Assembly (NCBI GenBank): GCA_963716745.1
Contig: OY970320.1
Coordinates: 3,136,001 to 3,200,000 of the forward strand
Source of the DNA: an uncultured Gemmatimonadaceae bacterium
Lineage (GTDB): Bacteria; Gemmatimonadota; Gemmatimonadetes; Gemmatimonadales; Gemmatimonadaceae
Length of the DNA: 64,000 nt
Direction of reading: 5' to 3'
The translations under genes and the position numbers were made by a program. Below the pieces are notes generated by a model. It had not been told where the DNA came from. It worked only from the letters and a program-made list of their open reading frames with translations, and searched no databases. Shown in pieces: positions 9,771 through 18,667 of this stretch (positions are counted from its first letter, which is position 1; every line of letters begins with the position of its first letter).

Positions 9771-9886
9771 CGGGAACCGGTTACCGGGAACCGGTGTGGC
9801 ACGAAAACGCATTGCATCACGACATCGCGCGATGTCGTGATGCAATGCGTTGTTATGCATCACCGGTTCCCGGTAATCGGTTCCCG
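9771..9886. repeat. Long imperfect palindromic repeat, copy 2
   Basis: CGGGAACCGGTTACCGGGAACCGGTG...CACCGGTTCCCGGTAATCGGTTCCCG between convergent genes. Confidence 0.85.
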
Positions 9887-9905
9887 GCCGCCTGCGGTAC
9901 CGCAG

Positions 9906-10844
9906 TTACGGCGCCAGTACCGCCACCGTCATCGTCGCCGTCGCGCGGTCGGTGCCCGTGTAATAGAACAGGTACACCTTGTGCGTCTTCTCATCCACCG
10001 CGCACGTGCGCGCGCCTCCGCCCGTCTTCACGGTCTCCGTGATCGTGTACGTGTCCGGCGAATCCATGTGGATCACGTTCATTGTGCTGTCCACGCGATT
10101 CGGATTGAACACCAGCTTCGTGCTCGCGTCGTAGCAATTCTGGTCGGCGCGGCTCGCCACGCGAATGCGCGTCACCACGTTGCCGTTGTCGGCGTTCACC
10201 ACCACCATGTTCGTGTCGCACGCCATGAACAGGCGGCGCGCGCTCGTGTCCATCGCGAGTCCCTGCGCGCGGCCGCAGCCCGGCACCGGCGTGTACACGG
10301 TGTCGATCGTGAGCGCCTTCGTGTCGAAGCGCTCGATCGCCCCCGCGTTCTCCACGTTCGCGAACATCTTGCCGCGCCCGTCCACCACGCCGGTCTCGAG
10401 GCCGTCGCCGATCATCATCTTCTTCTCGAGCTTGCCGGTGGTCATGTTCACCACCCAGCCGTTCTTGTCCTCCCACACGAACGCGCGGTGCGTGAACATG
10501 TCGTAGCGAATGCCGTCGCCCTTCACGTCTTCCTGGCCGGTGACCGCGAGCGTCTTGAGGTCGAACACGACACCGTTCCGCACGAGGCCTCGGTGCAGGT
10601 CGGGCGCGATCGCGTATCCGCCGCCGCCGCCCTTCACGTGACCCACCACCTCATCCTTGTCGACATCGATCACGGCGTCGGCCATGCCATAAAGGCGTCG
10701 CCCGCTCTGGTCGATGATGATGTAGTCCGAACGGACGACCCCCATCGGCATCGTCTTGATCACATGATAGTGCGTGGTCTGCACCGCGCCGGTGAATGTG
10801 GCGACGGTCAACACAGCGGTGGCAGCGATACTGGAACGGCGCAT
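9906..10844 (-). CDS. YncE/YVTN-type exported beta-propeller protein
   Basis: Signal peptide; repeated beta-blade motifs; GARTCAVD..THKVYL. Confidence 0.75.
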   Translation of the reverse strand: MRRSSIAATAVLTVATFTGAVQTTHYHVIKTMPMGVVRSDYIIIDQSGRRLYGMADAVIDVDKDEVVGHVKGGGGGYAIAPDLHRGLVRNGVVFDLKTLAVTGQEDVKGDGIRYDMFTHRAFVWEDKNGWVVNMTTGKLEKKMMIGDGLETGVVDGRGKMFANVENAGAIERFDTKALTIDTVYTPVPGCGRAQGLAMDTSARRLFMACDTNMVVVNADNGNVVTRIRVASRADQNCYDASTKLVFNPNRVDSTMNVIHMDSPDTYTITETVKTGGGARTCAVDEKTHKVYLFYYTGTDRATATMTVAVLAP

Positions 10845-10906
10845 AAGTGCTCCTGGAGGAATGCCCTGCAACGTACGAGATTGCCGGAGGCAACTCCACA
10901 CACGCG

Positions 10907-13348
10907 ATGATTACAATTCTGCAAGACACGCGCTACGCCGCTCGCACGCTGCTCAAATCGCGGGGCTTCGCCGCCACGGCGATCCTGACGCTCGCGCTCG
11001 GCATCGGCGCGAACACCGCGCTCTTTTCCGTGGTGAATGGCGTGCTGCTCGATCCGCTCGCGTATCCCGACGCGGGGCAGCTCGCCGCGATCTACGGTGA
11101 TTCGCCCGGCTTCGCCAAGGCGCCCATCAACTATCTGAATTTCCTCGACTGGCAACGCGTGTCGCACGCGTTCTCGTCCATGGCGATGTACCGCAATCAG
11201 GACTACAACTTCACCGGCTCCGAGCAGGCCGAGCGGCTGAGCGGCTTCATGGTGTCCGCCGATTTCTTCCGCACGCTGGGCCAGGCGCCGGTGCTCGGGC
11301 GCGACTTCAACGCCGCCGACGATGTGCTCGGCGCGGCGCCGGTCGCGGTCCTGGGCGGCGGGTTCTGGCAGCGCCGGTTCGGTGGTTCGCCATCGGTGCT
11401 GGGAACGGTGATCACGCTCAACGGCACGCCGTACACGGTGGTCGGCGTGATGCCACCGGCTTTCACGTTCTACGGACCGCAGCGCGAGGTGTACACGCCC
11501 ATCGGTCAATGGGCCGACAAGAATTTCCGTGACCGGCGGGTGGATGTCAGCTCGCACGGCGTGGGGCGACTGAGAACGGGGGTGACGGTCGCGGCCGCGC
11601 GCGCCGAGATGGACGCGATCGCGCGCGATCTTGCTGCGCAGTACCCGGACGCGAACAAGAATGTTGGCATCACGATCCTTCCGATGAAGGAGGACATCGT
11701 GGGCAACGTGCAGCCCTTCCTGATCGTACTGCTCGGCGCCGTGGGGTTCCTGTTGCTCATCGCCTGCGCGAACGTCGCGAACCTTCTGCTCGCGCGTTCT
11801 CTCGCGCGGTCGCACGAGTTCGCTGTGCGCGCCGCGCTCGGTGCGAGCGCGCGCCGCGTGATCCAGCAGCTGCTCACCGAGAGCGTCCTGCTCGCGATGA
11901 GCGGCGGCGCGCTGGGGATGCTGCTTGCCTGGTGGGGCACGCGCGCGATCCTCACGCTGTTGCCCGCGTCGCTGCCGCGCTCCTCGGATGTCGCGCTCGA
12001 TGCGCGTGTCCTGCTGTTCACGCTCGGCGTGTCGCTGCTGGCCGGCGTGTTGTTCGGTCTCGTGCCGGCGATCAAGGCGTCACGATCGGATCTCAACGAG
12101 GTGCTCAAGGAATCGGGGCGGGGCGGGAGCGGCGCGCGCCACCGGCTGCAGCGCGTGTTCGTGGCGGCGGAGGTCGGGCTCGCCCTGGTGCTGCTCGTTG
12201 GCGCCGGACTCATGCTGCGCAGCTTGCAGGCGCTCTGGCGCGTGGACCCCGGTTTCGAGCCGGCGCACGCGATCACATTCTCGCTCTCGCTTCCGGCCAC
12301 GCCGAACACGACGAGTGCCGAGACACGCGCGCGACTGCGCAGGTTCGACGCGGCCATGCGCGACGTGCCGGGCGTTGATGCCGTGAGCGTCACCCTCGGC
12401 TCGCGACCGATGATCCACGACACCTCGCTGCCATTCTGGATCGAGGGCACGCCCACACCGGCCACGCAGCACGACATGCCGCAGGCGATGTTCTATCTCG
12501 TGGAGAGCGGTTTCCAGCAGGCGATGGGCGTGCATCTCGTGCGCGGACGGTTCGTGGCGCCGCAGGACGACGAACATTCCCCGCTGGTCGTGGACATCGA
12601 CACCGAGTTCGCACAACGATATTTCCCGAACGCCGATCCGATCGGGCAGCGCATCAATATCGGCGGCTTCGAAGTGCAGGCGCAGATCGTGGGCGTGGTG
12701 GGCCACATCAGACAATGGCGCCTGGATGGCGATCCGTCGTCGGCGGTGGAGGCACAGGTCTACTATCCGTTCATGCAACTCCCCGAGAAGATCATGCCGC
12801 TCGCGGCCAACGCGGTGGCGGTGGTGTTGCGTACGCGCGGCGATCCGGCGGCGGCGATGAACGCCGTGCGGAAAGCCGTGCATGCTGTGGAACCGGGCGG
12901 CGTGGTGTACGCCGCGCAAACGATGAACGACGTGATCGCGACCTCGTTCGCGGCGCGTCGCCTGTCGATGATCCTGCTCAGCGTGTTCGCGGCGCTCGCA
13001 CTCATGCTCGCATGCGTGGGGATCTACGGCGTGATCTCGTATCTCGTGGGCCAGCGAACGCGCGAGATTGGCGTACGGATCGCACTTGGCGCGCAGCGAC
13101 GGGAGGTCATGCGGCTCGTGCTCGGCGAGGGCGTTCGCATGGCGTTGGCCGGAGCGGCGATCGGCACTCTTGCGGCGCTGGCGCTGGCGCGGCTCATCGC
13201 CGCGCAACTGTTCGGAGTTTCCGCGCACGATCCGGTGACCTTTGTGGGCGTCGGCGTGCTGCTCGTGGTCGTCGCGATCGGGGCGTGCTACGTTCCGGCG
13301 CGGCGCGCCATGAGTGTGGATCCGGTGGAGGCGCTACGCCACGAGTAA
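10907..13348 (+). CDS. MacB-like duplicated ABC permease (ADOP type)
   Basis: TLALGIGANTA, LLIACANVANLLL, EIGVRIALGA, PARRAMSVDPVEALRHE. Confidence 0.92.
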   Translation: MITILQDTRYAARTLLKSRGFAATAILTLALGIGANTALFSVVNGVLLDPLAYPDAGQLAAIYGDSPGFAKAPINYLNFLDWQRVSHAFSSMAMYRNQDYNFTGSEQAERLSGFMVSADFFRTLGQAPVLGRDFNAADDVLGAAPVAVLGGGFWQRRFGGSPSVLGTVITLNGTPYTVVGVMPPAFTFYGPQREVYTPIGQWADKNFRDRRVDVSSHGVGRLRTGVTVAAARAEMDAIARDLAAQYPDANKNVGITILPMKEDIVGNVQPFLIVLLGAVGFLLLIACANVANLLLARSLARSHEFAVRAALGASARRVIQQLLTESVLLAMSGGALGMLLAWWGTRAILTLLPASLPRSSDVALDARVLLFTLGVSLLAGVLFGLVPAIKASRSDLNEVLKESGRGGSGARHRLQRVFVAAEVGLALVLLVGAGLMLRSLQALWRVDPGFEPAHAITFSLSLPATPNTTSAETRARLRRFDAAMRDVPGVDAVSVTLGSRPMIHDTSLPFWIEGTPTPATQHDMPQAMFYLVESGFQQAMGVHLVRGRFVAPQDDEHSPLVVDIDTEFAQRYFPNADPIGQRINIGGFEVQAQIVGVVGHIRQWRLDGDPSSAVEAQVYYPFMQLPEKIMPLAANAVAVVLRTRGDPAAAMNAVRKAVHAVEPGGVVYAAQTMNDVIATSFAARRLSMILLSVFAALALMLACVGIYGVISYLVGQRTREIGVRIALGAQRREVMRLVLGEGVRMALAGAAIGTLAALALARLIAAQLFGVSAHDPVTFVGVGVLLVVVAIGACYVPARRAMSVDPVEALRHE

Positions 13349-13438
13349 CATTTTCGTCGTGCAAGCTGCCAAAGCCGTTGCAGGGTGCGGGCGGAATGCG
13401 GCATCGGGCAAGATGACGGCATTGGTTAAGTGCATGAG

Positions 13439-13484
13439 TACCAAGCAGTTGACGGGTGATACATCACGTGGCCGCAAACGTGCA
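13439..13484 (+). promoter_or_regulatory. Putative sigma-54 promoter with IHF-like site upstream of the pilin
   Basis: TGGCCGC-AAAC-GTGCA (13469-13484) has -24 GG/-12 GC spacing; TACCAAGCAGTTG (13439-13451) resembles WATCAANNNNTTR. Confidence 0.55.
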
Positions 13485-13562
13485 TTATTTCAGCACACCA
13501 TCGTCCGCGGCGGCCCGCTCCGGACGATTGGCGCGTTCAATACTCTCAACGGATCTCGCGCC

Positions 13563-13940
13563 ATGATGCCAGCCAGTAGGAGAGGTTTTTCGCTCATCGA
13601 GCTGATGATCGTCATCGTGATCATCGGCATCCTGGTGGCGATCGCGGCTCCGAAGTTCGCGAACACGAAGGAGAAGGCGCTCGAGGCGGCACTCAAGTCG
13701 GACTTGCGCAATCTGACGATCGCGGAGGAGGCGTACTTCGGCGACAATCAGACGTACACGAATGACCAGAACTCGATGCACTTCACGCCGTCCGAAGCGG
13801 TGGTGGTCAGCATCACCGATTTCAAGACCACCGGTTGGGCGGCGAACACCTCACATCCCGCGACGGCGTTCACGTGCGAGATCGGATTCGGATCCGACTC
13901 GATCGCAGGGGTAGGCGACGGGGTGATCAAGTGCCAATGA
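13563..13940 (+). CDS. Type IV pilin-like protein
   Basis: Prepilin site RRG|FSLIELMIVIVIIGIL; C-terminal Cys pair. Confidence 0.9.
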   Translation: MMPASRRGFSLIELMIVIVIIGILVAIAAPKFANTKEKALEAALKSDLRNLTIAEEAYFGDNQTYTNDQNSMHFTPSEAVVVSITDFKTTGWAANTSHPATAFTCEIGFGSDSIAGVGDGVIKCQ

Positions 13941-13954
13941 CCTGAACGGCAAAG

Positions 13955-14009
13955 GCAGGCTGTCGGCTGTCGGCTGTAGCAGGCAACAGCCAACAGCCGA
14001 CAGTCCGCC
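13955..14009. repeat. Hairpin built from GGCTGTC/GACAGCC-type heptamers downstream of the pilin
   Basis: ggctgtcggctgtcggctgt ... acagccaacagccgacagtcc. Confidence 0.6.
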
Positions 14010-14024
14010 GTTAGGCCTTTTGGA

Positions 14025-14053
14025 TTGCACTTGGAACCAACTCGTGCTACACT
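14025..14053 (+). promoter_or_regulatory. Sigma-70 promoter
   Basis: TTGCAC-17 nt-TACACT with TG extended -10. Confidence 0.7.
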
Positions 14054-14059
14054 AGATAT

Positions 14060-14157
14060 CAGTAAGTAGAAACACCTCGACGTCCGGGCCAACGGCCTGA
14101 AAGTCGGAGGCGCGACAGGGATCTGCAGTCATGATCCCGCGCGCCTTTTTTGTTTTT
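14060..14157 (+). ncRNA. Candidate structured leader or small RNA ending in an intrinsic terminator
   Basis: 5' stem CCTCGAC..GTCGGAGG with GGCC-AAC-GGCC hairpin; terminator GGCGCG-ACA-GGGATC..GATCCC-GCGCGCC followed by T6. Confidence 0.5.
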
Positions 14158-14183
14158 CGGGATCCCCCGCCTGGGAGGCGACC

Positions 14184-14612
14184 ATGCAAACGAATTCGAT
14201 CGCGACCGCCACGACGTCCATTCGTGCCACGCCGCGTGAGGTCTGGAAGGCGCTCATCTCGCCCGCCGCGCTCAAGGAGTACATGTTCGGCGCCGAAGTG
14301 AGATCCGATTGGGACGAGGGCAGCGTCATCACGTGGAAGGGTGAGATGAACGGAAAGCGCTACGAGGACCGGGGCGTCGTGCTCCAGTCGGTGCCGGGCA
14401 AGACGCTCCAGTACGTGCATTTCGGCCCCGCCTCCGGCGAGATGCAAAAGATCGCGAATTTCCACACGGTCACGATCACGCTCGCGGACCAAGGCGATCT
14501 GACCGCGGTCTCGCTCTCGCAGAACAACAATTCGAGCGAGGCGATGCGGAAGGAATCGGAGAGGAACTGGGCGACAATGCTGCGGGGGCTGAAGCAGTAC
14601 CTGGAGCACTAG
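14184..14612 (+). CDS. SRPBCC/AHSA1-domain protein
   Basis: IRATPREVWKAL..MFG..SDW; NWATMLRGLK. Confidence 0.85.
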   Translation: MQTNSIATATTSIRATPREVWKALISPAALKEYMFGAEVRSDWDEGSVITWKGEMNGKRYEDRGVVLQSVPGKTLQYVHFGPASGEMQKIANFHTVTITLADQGDLTAVSLSQNNNSSEAMRKESERNWATMLRGLKQYLEH

Positions 14613-16132
14613 CGCCCGGCGATCGATCGCTCGAATTCGAGTTCCGCCCGCAGTAACTCGAGATCACGCTGGATCGTGACGACGGCCAGTCGCTTGCCGC
14701 CGTCGCGATAGGTGATGGTGCAATCGCGCTTGCCCAGGTCGCCCGTGATCTCCACGCGGTCGAATTTCTCGGCGTGGCCGATGTACGACAGCTGGAAGTC
14801 GTAGTGCTCGCTCCAGAAGAACGGCACCGCGGTGTAGCGCTCGCGCATCCCGAGCATGTTGCGCGCCGCAGTCTGCCCCTGACGCTCGGCCACCACGAAG
14901 TGCTCCACACGAATGCGCTCGCCGGTGTACGGGTCGGGCCAGCGCGCGATGTCGCCGGCGGCGAACACGCCGGGAGCGCTCGTCTCGAGATATTCGTTCA
15001 CGCTCACACCCTTGTCCACGGCAATGCCGGCCTGCTCCGCGAGCGCGATCTGTGGCCGCACGCCCACGCCGATCACGACGAGATCGGCCGCGAGCCGCTC
15101 GCCATTCTTGAGTGTGACGCCCGTCTCGTCGAATGAGACGGCGGTGTTCTCGAGATGGAATACGACGCCGTGCTCTTCGTGCAGCCGCCGGATGAACGTC
15201 CCGACCTCGGGGCCGAGGATCCGCTCCATGGGGATCGCCTCGGGCGCGACCACGTGAACGGGCACGTTGCGCGTGCGCAGCGAGGCCGCGACCTCGAGTC
15301 CGATGAAGCTCGCGCCGATCACCACGGCGCTCTTGGACTTCTTCGCCTTCGCCACGAGCGCGCGACTGTCGGCGTAGGTGCGCAGGTAGTGTACGTGCGG
15401 GAGATCGGCGCCGGGGATCGGGAGTCGCACGGGATCGGCGCCGGTGGCGAGCAGCAAGCGGTCGTACGCGAGTGAGGCGCCGCTCTCGAGGCGCACTTCG
15501 CGCTTCGCCGTATCGATCGAGGCGACGCGCGTCTTCAGCTTGAGAGCGATCTTCTTCGACTTGTAGAACGCGCGCGAACGCAGCGGCACATAACTCGCGG
15601 GCCCAGTGCCCGCGAGGAAGCTCTTCGAGAGATTGGGACGATCCACCGGAACGTCGGCATCCGCGCTGAGCATCGTGATGCGGCCGCTGTATCCCTCACG
15701 CCGCAGCATTTCGGCGGCGGCATTTCCCGCCGGGCCGCCGCCGATGATCACGATCCGCTTGGGCGAATTGCTCGCCGCCGGGAATTTCTTCGCAGCCGGT
15801 CTGATCTTCGTGCCGACATACACTTTCCCGTTGCGCTGCTCCACGTGCCAGCACGCCACCGGCTTGAGCGCCGGCGCGCGGAGCGCTTCACCGGTGCGGA
15901 GACTGAAGCACGCATGATGCCACGGGCAGCGGATCGTGTCGCCGACCATCAGCCCTTCGGCGAGCGGCCCGCCGTAATGGGTGCAGTGTGCTCCCACGGC
16001 GAATACTTCATCGCCCTGTCGCGCAAGCAACACGGGCTCGCCCTTCGCATGCCCCAGAAGTGTGCCGCCATCCGCGATCTTCTCGAGTGCGACACCTCTC
16101 GTGAGATCGGGCGGCTTGATCGCTTTGCTCAT
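14609..16132 (-). CDS. Rieske [2Fe-2S] plus FAD/NAD-dependent reductase fusion (AIF3-like)
   Basis: CTHYG..CPWHH; GGGPAG, LATG, GASFIG, AAGD, VPFFWS. Confidence 0.9.
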   Translation of the reverse strand: MSKAIKPPDLTRGVALEKIADGGTLLGHAKGEPVLLARQGDEVFAVGAHCTHYGGPLAEGLMVGDTIRCPWHHACFSLRTGEALRAPALKPVACWHVEQRNGKVYVGTKIRPAAKKFPAASNSPKRIVIIGGGPAGNAAAEMLRREGYSGRITMLSADADVPVDRPNLSKSFLAGTGPASYVPLRSRAFYKSKKIALKLKTRVASIDTAKREVRLESGASLAYDRLLLATGADPVRLPIPGADLPHVHYLRTYADSRALVAKAKKSKSAVVIGASFIGLEVAASLRTRNVPVHVVAPEAIPMERILGPEVGTFIRRLHEEHGVVFHLENTAVSFDETGVTLKNGERLAADLVVIGVGVRPQIALAEQAGIAVDKGVSVNEYLETSAPGVFAAGDIARWPDPYTGERIRVEHFVVAERQGQTAARNMLGMRERYTAVPFFWSEHYDFQLSYIGHAEKFDRVEITGDLGKRDCTITYRDGGKRLAVVTIQRDLELLRAELEFERSIAGR

Positions 16133-16204
16133 GCCTAAAGAATCCGAGGAGCGGCGGCGGCGTCAAGAGCGCGATAGCTTTCCCGGCAACCAGGAGGCTC
16201 TGCG

Positions 16205-16477
16205 ATGGCGAAGTTCCTGCTGATCTACACGAATGGCGATCTCTCGAAGGCGCCCGCGAATTTCCCCGCGCACCGGGAACTCTGGCACAAGTTCGCGGGG
16301 CAGGGCACGCTGCTCATGGTCGGTCCCGTGCTCGGCTCGCCGCACGTTGGCGCGCTTGCCGTGTTCACCACGAAGGAAGCCGCCAACGACTTCGCCCGCG
16401 ACGACCCGTTCGTCACGAACGGCGTCGTCGCGAGCTGGTCCGTCGTCGAGTGGAAGGAAGCGCTCGTGCCGGGGTGA
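16205..16477 (+). CDS. YciI-family protein
   Basis: PAHR..GP..DDPFV. Confidence 0.8.
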   Translation: MAKFLLIYTNGDLSKAPANFPAHRELWHKFAGQGTLLMVGPVLGSPHVGALAVFTTKEAANDFARDDPFVTNGVVASWSVVEWKEALVPG

Positions 16478-16486
16478 TCCGCCCGG

Positions 16487-16885
16487 CTACTTCTTCCACT
16501 GATCGAGCTTCACGAGCTGCACGATGTTCCCGCACCCATCCTTCAGCATCGCGATCGTCGAGCCGGTGACCTTAGTGGGCGGCATGGTGAACTCCGCGCC
16601 GAGCGGCTTCATGCGGTCGTGCTCCTTCTGGACGTCGTCCACGTAGAAGAGCGCGGCCGGTTTGTTCTTTTCGAACATCGCTTGCTGGTAGGTTTTCGCA
16701 GCGGGATCGTCATTCAGCGCCAACTGCAACTCGGTGCCATCCGGTTCTTCGGCTGATGCGACGGTGAGCCAGCGGAACGGGCCCTGCGAGAAATCGGCTT
16801 TCTTCACGAAGCCCAGCACGTTCGTATAGAAGCGCAGGGCTCCCTCCTGATCGTTCACGTAGATGCTGGTGATCTTGATCTTCAT
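16487..16885 (-). CDS. VOC/glyoxalase-family protein
   Basis: SIYVNDQ..ALRFYT..LGF; DGCGN. Confidence 0.88.
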   Translation of the reverse strand: MKIKITSIYVNDQEGALRFYTNVLGFVKKADFSQGPFRWLTVASAEEPDGTELQLALNDDPAAKTYQQAMFEKNKPAALFYVDDVQKEHDRMKPLGAEFTMPPTKVTGSTIAMLKDGCGNIVQLVKLDQWKK

Positions 16886-16900
16886 CGGCCTATCCTCTCC

Positions 16901-17455
16901 TCAGGTGGTGGTGGGCGGGTCCATCGGTTCGATGCCGAACTGCTTGGAGTACTCGGCGTGCAAGCGCTTCCAGTCGAAGCTCATTGCGTTGCCGCCGACA
17001 ATGCGGCCGATCGTGCGTCCGGCGAGGAACCCGGCGAGCACGTCGAAGCAGATGTGCCAGCCGGCTGCGCCCATGGCGACGTAGCGGCGGCCGATGCTGT
17101 GCCAGAGTGTGAGCCGGGTGCCGGCGCCGAGTGGCGCGAGCTCCCATCGCATGTCGTTCTCGCCCCAGCGATACTCGAGGAATCGCGGCGCTTCGGCGCG
17201 GGTGATGGTGGTGTCGGAGACCTGGACCTTGGGCGTCGCGACGGTTGAGAGCTTCACGGGGCCGGTGGTGCTCATATCGCGGTCGGCGTCGAAGGGCGCC
17301 CACTCACGGAGTTCGGCGGGATCCGTGAGCGCGCGCCAGACTTTCGCGGGCGGCTGACGGAAGTCGCGCACGAGCACGAGCGTCCAGGTGTCACCCTGCT
17401 TCAACACGTTGGCGCCGGACGCGGGGCCGGGTGTGTATTTCTCGCGAGTAGTCAT
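16901..17455 (-). CDS. SRPBCC/AHSA1-domain protein
   Basis: PPAKVWRALTDP..LREW; AAGWHICFD. Confidence 0.85.
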   Translation of the reverse strand: MTTREKYTPGPASGANVLKQGDTWTLVLVRDFRQPPAKVWRALTDPAELREWAPFDADRDMSTTGPVKLSTVATPKVQVSDTTITRAEAPRFLEYRWGENDMRWELAPLGAGTRLTLWHSIGRRYVAMGAAGWHICFDVLAGFLAGRTIGRIVGGNAMSFDWKRLHAEYSKQFGIEPMDPPTTT

Positions 17456-17787
17456 TTGTTCTTCCTCTTCTTGGGAGGCTTCCGGTCCATCCGCTCCAGA
17501 TGGCGCTCGAGCTTGTCGAGGTGCGTGGACCAGAGGCGCCGGAAGGGCGCGAGCCACTCGTGGATCTCGATGAGCGGCTCCGGCCGAATGCGGTAGACGC
17601 GCCGCTGCGCGTCCACGCGGGCTTCGACGAAGCCGGCGTCCCGGAGCACCCGGAGGTGCTTGGAGACCGACGGCTGCGACATCCGGAGCCGGCGCTCGAT
17701 CTCGCTCACGGATCGTTCCGACGTGGCGAGGAGACTCAGGATGGCGCGGCGGTTCGGTTCCGCGATGATGCCGAAGGAGGATTCCAT
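17452..17787 (-). CDS. ArsR/SmtB-family transcriptional regulator
   Basis: AEPNRRAIL, SQPSVSKHLRVLRDAG, QRRVY. Confidence 0.9.
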   Translation of the reverse strand: MESSFGIIAEPNRRAILSLLATSERSVSEIERRLRMSQPSVSKHLRVLRDAGFVEARVDAQRRVYRIRPEPLIEIHEWLAPFRRLWSTHLDKLERHLERMDRKPPKKRKNK

Positions 17788-17792
17788 GGCCT

Positions 17793-17823
17793 GTATATAC
17801 CTAATGAGGTATATACTTGTCAA
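17793..17823 (-). promoter_or_regulatory. ArsR promoter with overlapping perfect palindromic operator
   Basis: GTATATACCT-AATG-AGGTATATAC (17793-17816); minus-strand TTGACA-18 nt-TATATA ends 6 nt before the ATG. Confidence 0.75.
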
Positions 17824-17874
17824 GCCATGGAACCCATCGATCCCCGGTGAGCCGCCGGGGCGGGGGTCAGCCCC

Positions 17875-18561
17875 TCAGTTGGCGGCGGTGGGCAGCGCCA
17901 GCTTGCCGTCGGACCAGAGGCGGACGGGGATCATGATCACGACCACCTGGGCATCGGGGTCCAGCTGCGAGCCGTCGATGGTGGTGTTGGTCGCGCCCCC
18001 CACGCCCCACTGCGTGACCGGCATCGACTTGTCATAGAAGAACATCAGATGCGGCACCCAATGCGGATTGGTCTCCGACAAGTGCTGATCGGGCGAGAGC
18101 ATGAAGGCCATCGCACCCGCCTCCGGCATGGTGAACTCATGCAATGCGTAGGCCTGTTTCGTGCGGAGTTCGATGTCGGCCAGGCTCACGCCGGTCACGA
18201 TCCACTCGGCGCGCTTGCGCATCTCCGGCAGCACCGTGCGCACCGCGGGAGGGTTCAGGCAGATCGGGCCGCGGCTCTTCGGATTCCAGAATCCGGGATC
18301 GCCGATCTTCCCGTCGAATGAGTGCTGCACCATGCAGGTGAATCCATTGGTCCCGCGTGCGGCCTCGATGTAGCCGGACCTGGTGAGCACGAGTACCGTG
18401 GCCGAATCTCCGACGTGCTTGGGCGCGGCGCTGCGTGCGAGCGCGATCTCCGCGGCGCGGTCGGACATGAGGTATGGCGTGAGGTCCGGAGTCTGCGCCG
18501 CGATCAATGATCCGGCGGTCACGAGACTGACGGCGGCGAGCACTGACAAGTGAGTTGGCAT
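17875..18561 (-). CDS. Exported hypothetical protein
   Basis: RBS AAGGA; signal peptide; LARSAAP, GTNGFTC, PHLMF. Confidence 0.7.
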   Translation of the reverse strand: MPTHLSVLAAVSLVTAGSLIAAQTPDLTPYLMSDRAAEIALARSAAPKHVGDSATVLVLTRSGYIEAARGTNGFTCMVQHSFDGKIGDPGFWNPKSRGPICLNPPAVRTVLPEMRKRAEWIVTGVSLADIELRTKQAYALHEFTMPEAGAMAFMLSPDQHLSETNPHWVPHLMFFYDKSMPVTQWGVGGATNTTIDGSQLDPDAQVVVIMIPVRLWSDGKLALPTAAN

Positions 18562-18667
18562 CGTCCTTCTCCTTCGTGATAGGGTGAACCGCGACTGCCG
18601 GAGCGTCCCCTTGCGTACCCCGGAACGTGGAGTTGGTTTTGGAGCGAACACTGTTCTCCAAGGAGAC

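Noticed and set aside
8395..9886. CRISPR array or integron attC sites
   Set aside because: Only two copies 1.4 kb apart, no regular spacers, no cas or intI genes, no clear RYYYAAC..GTTRRRY boxes in both copies
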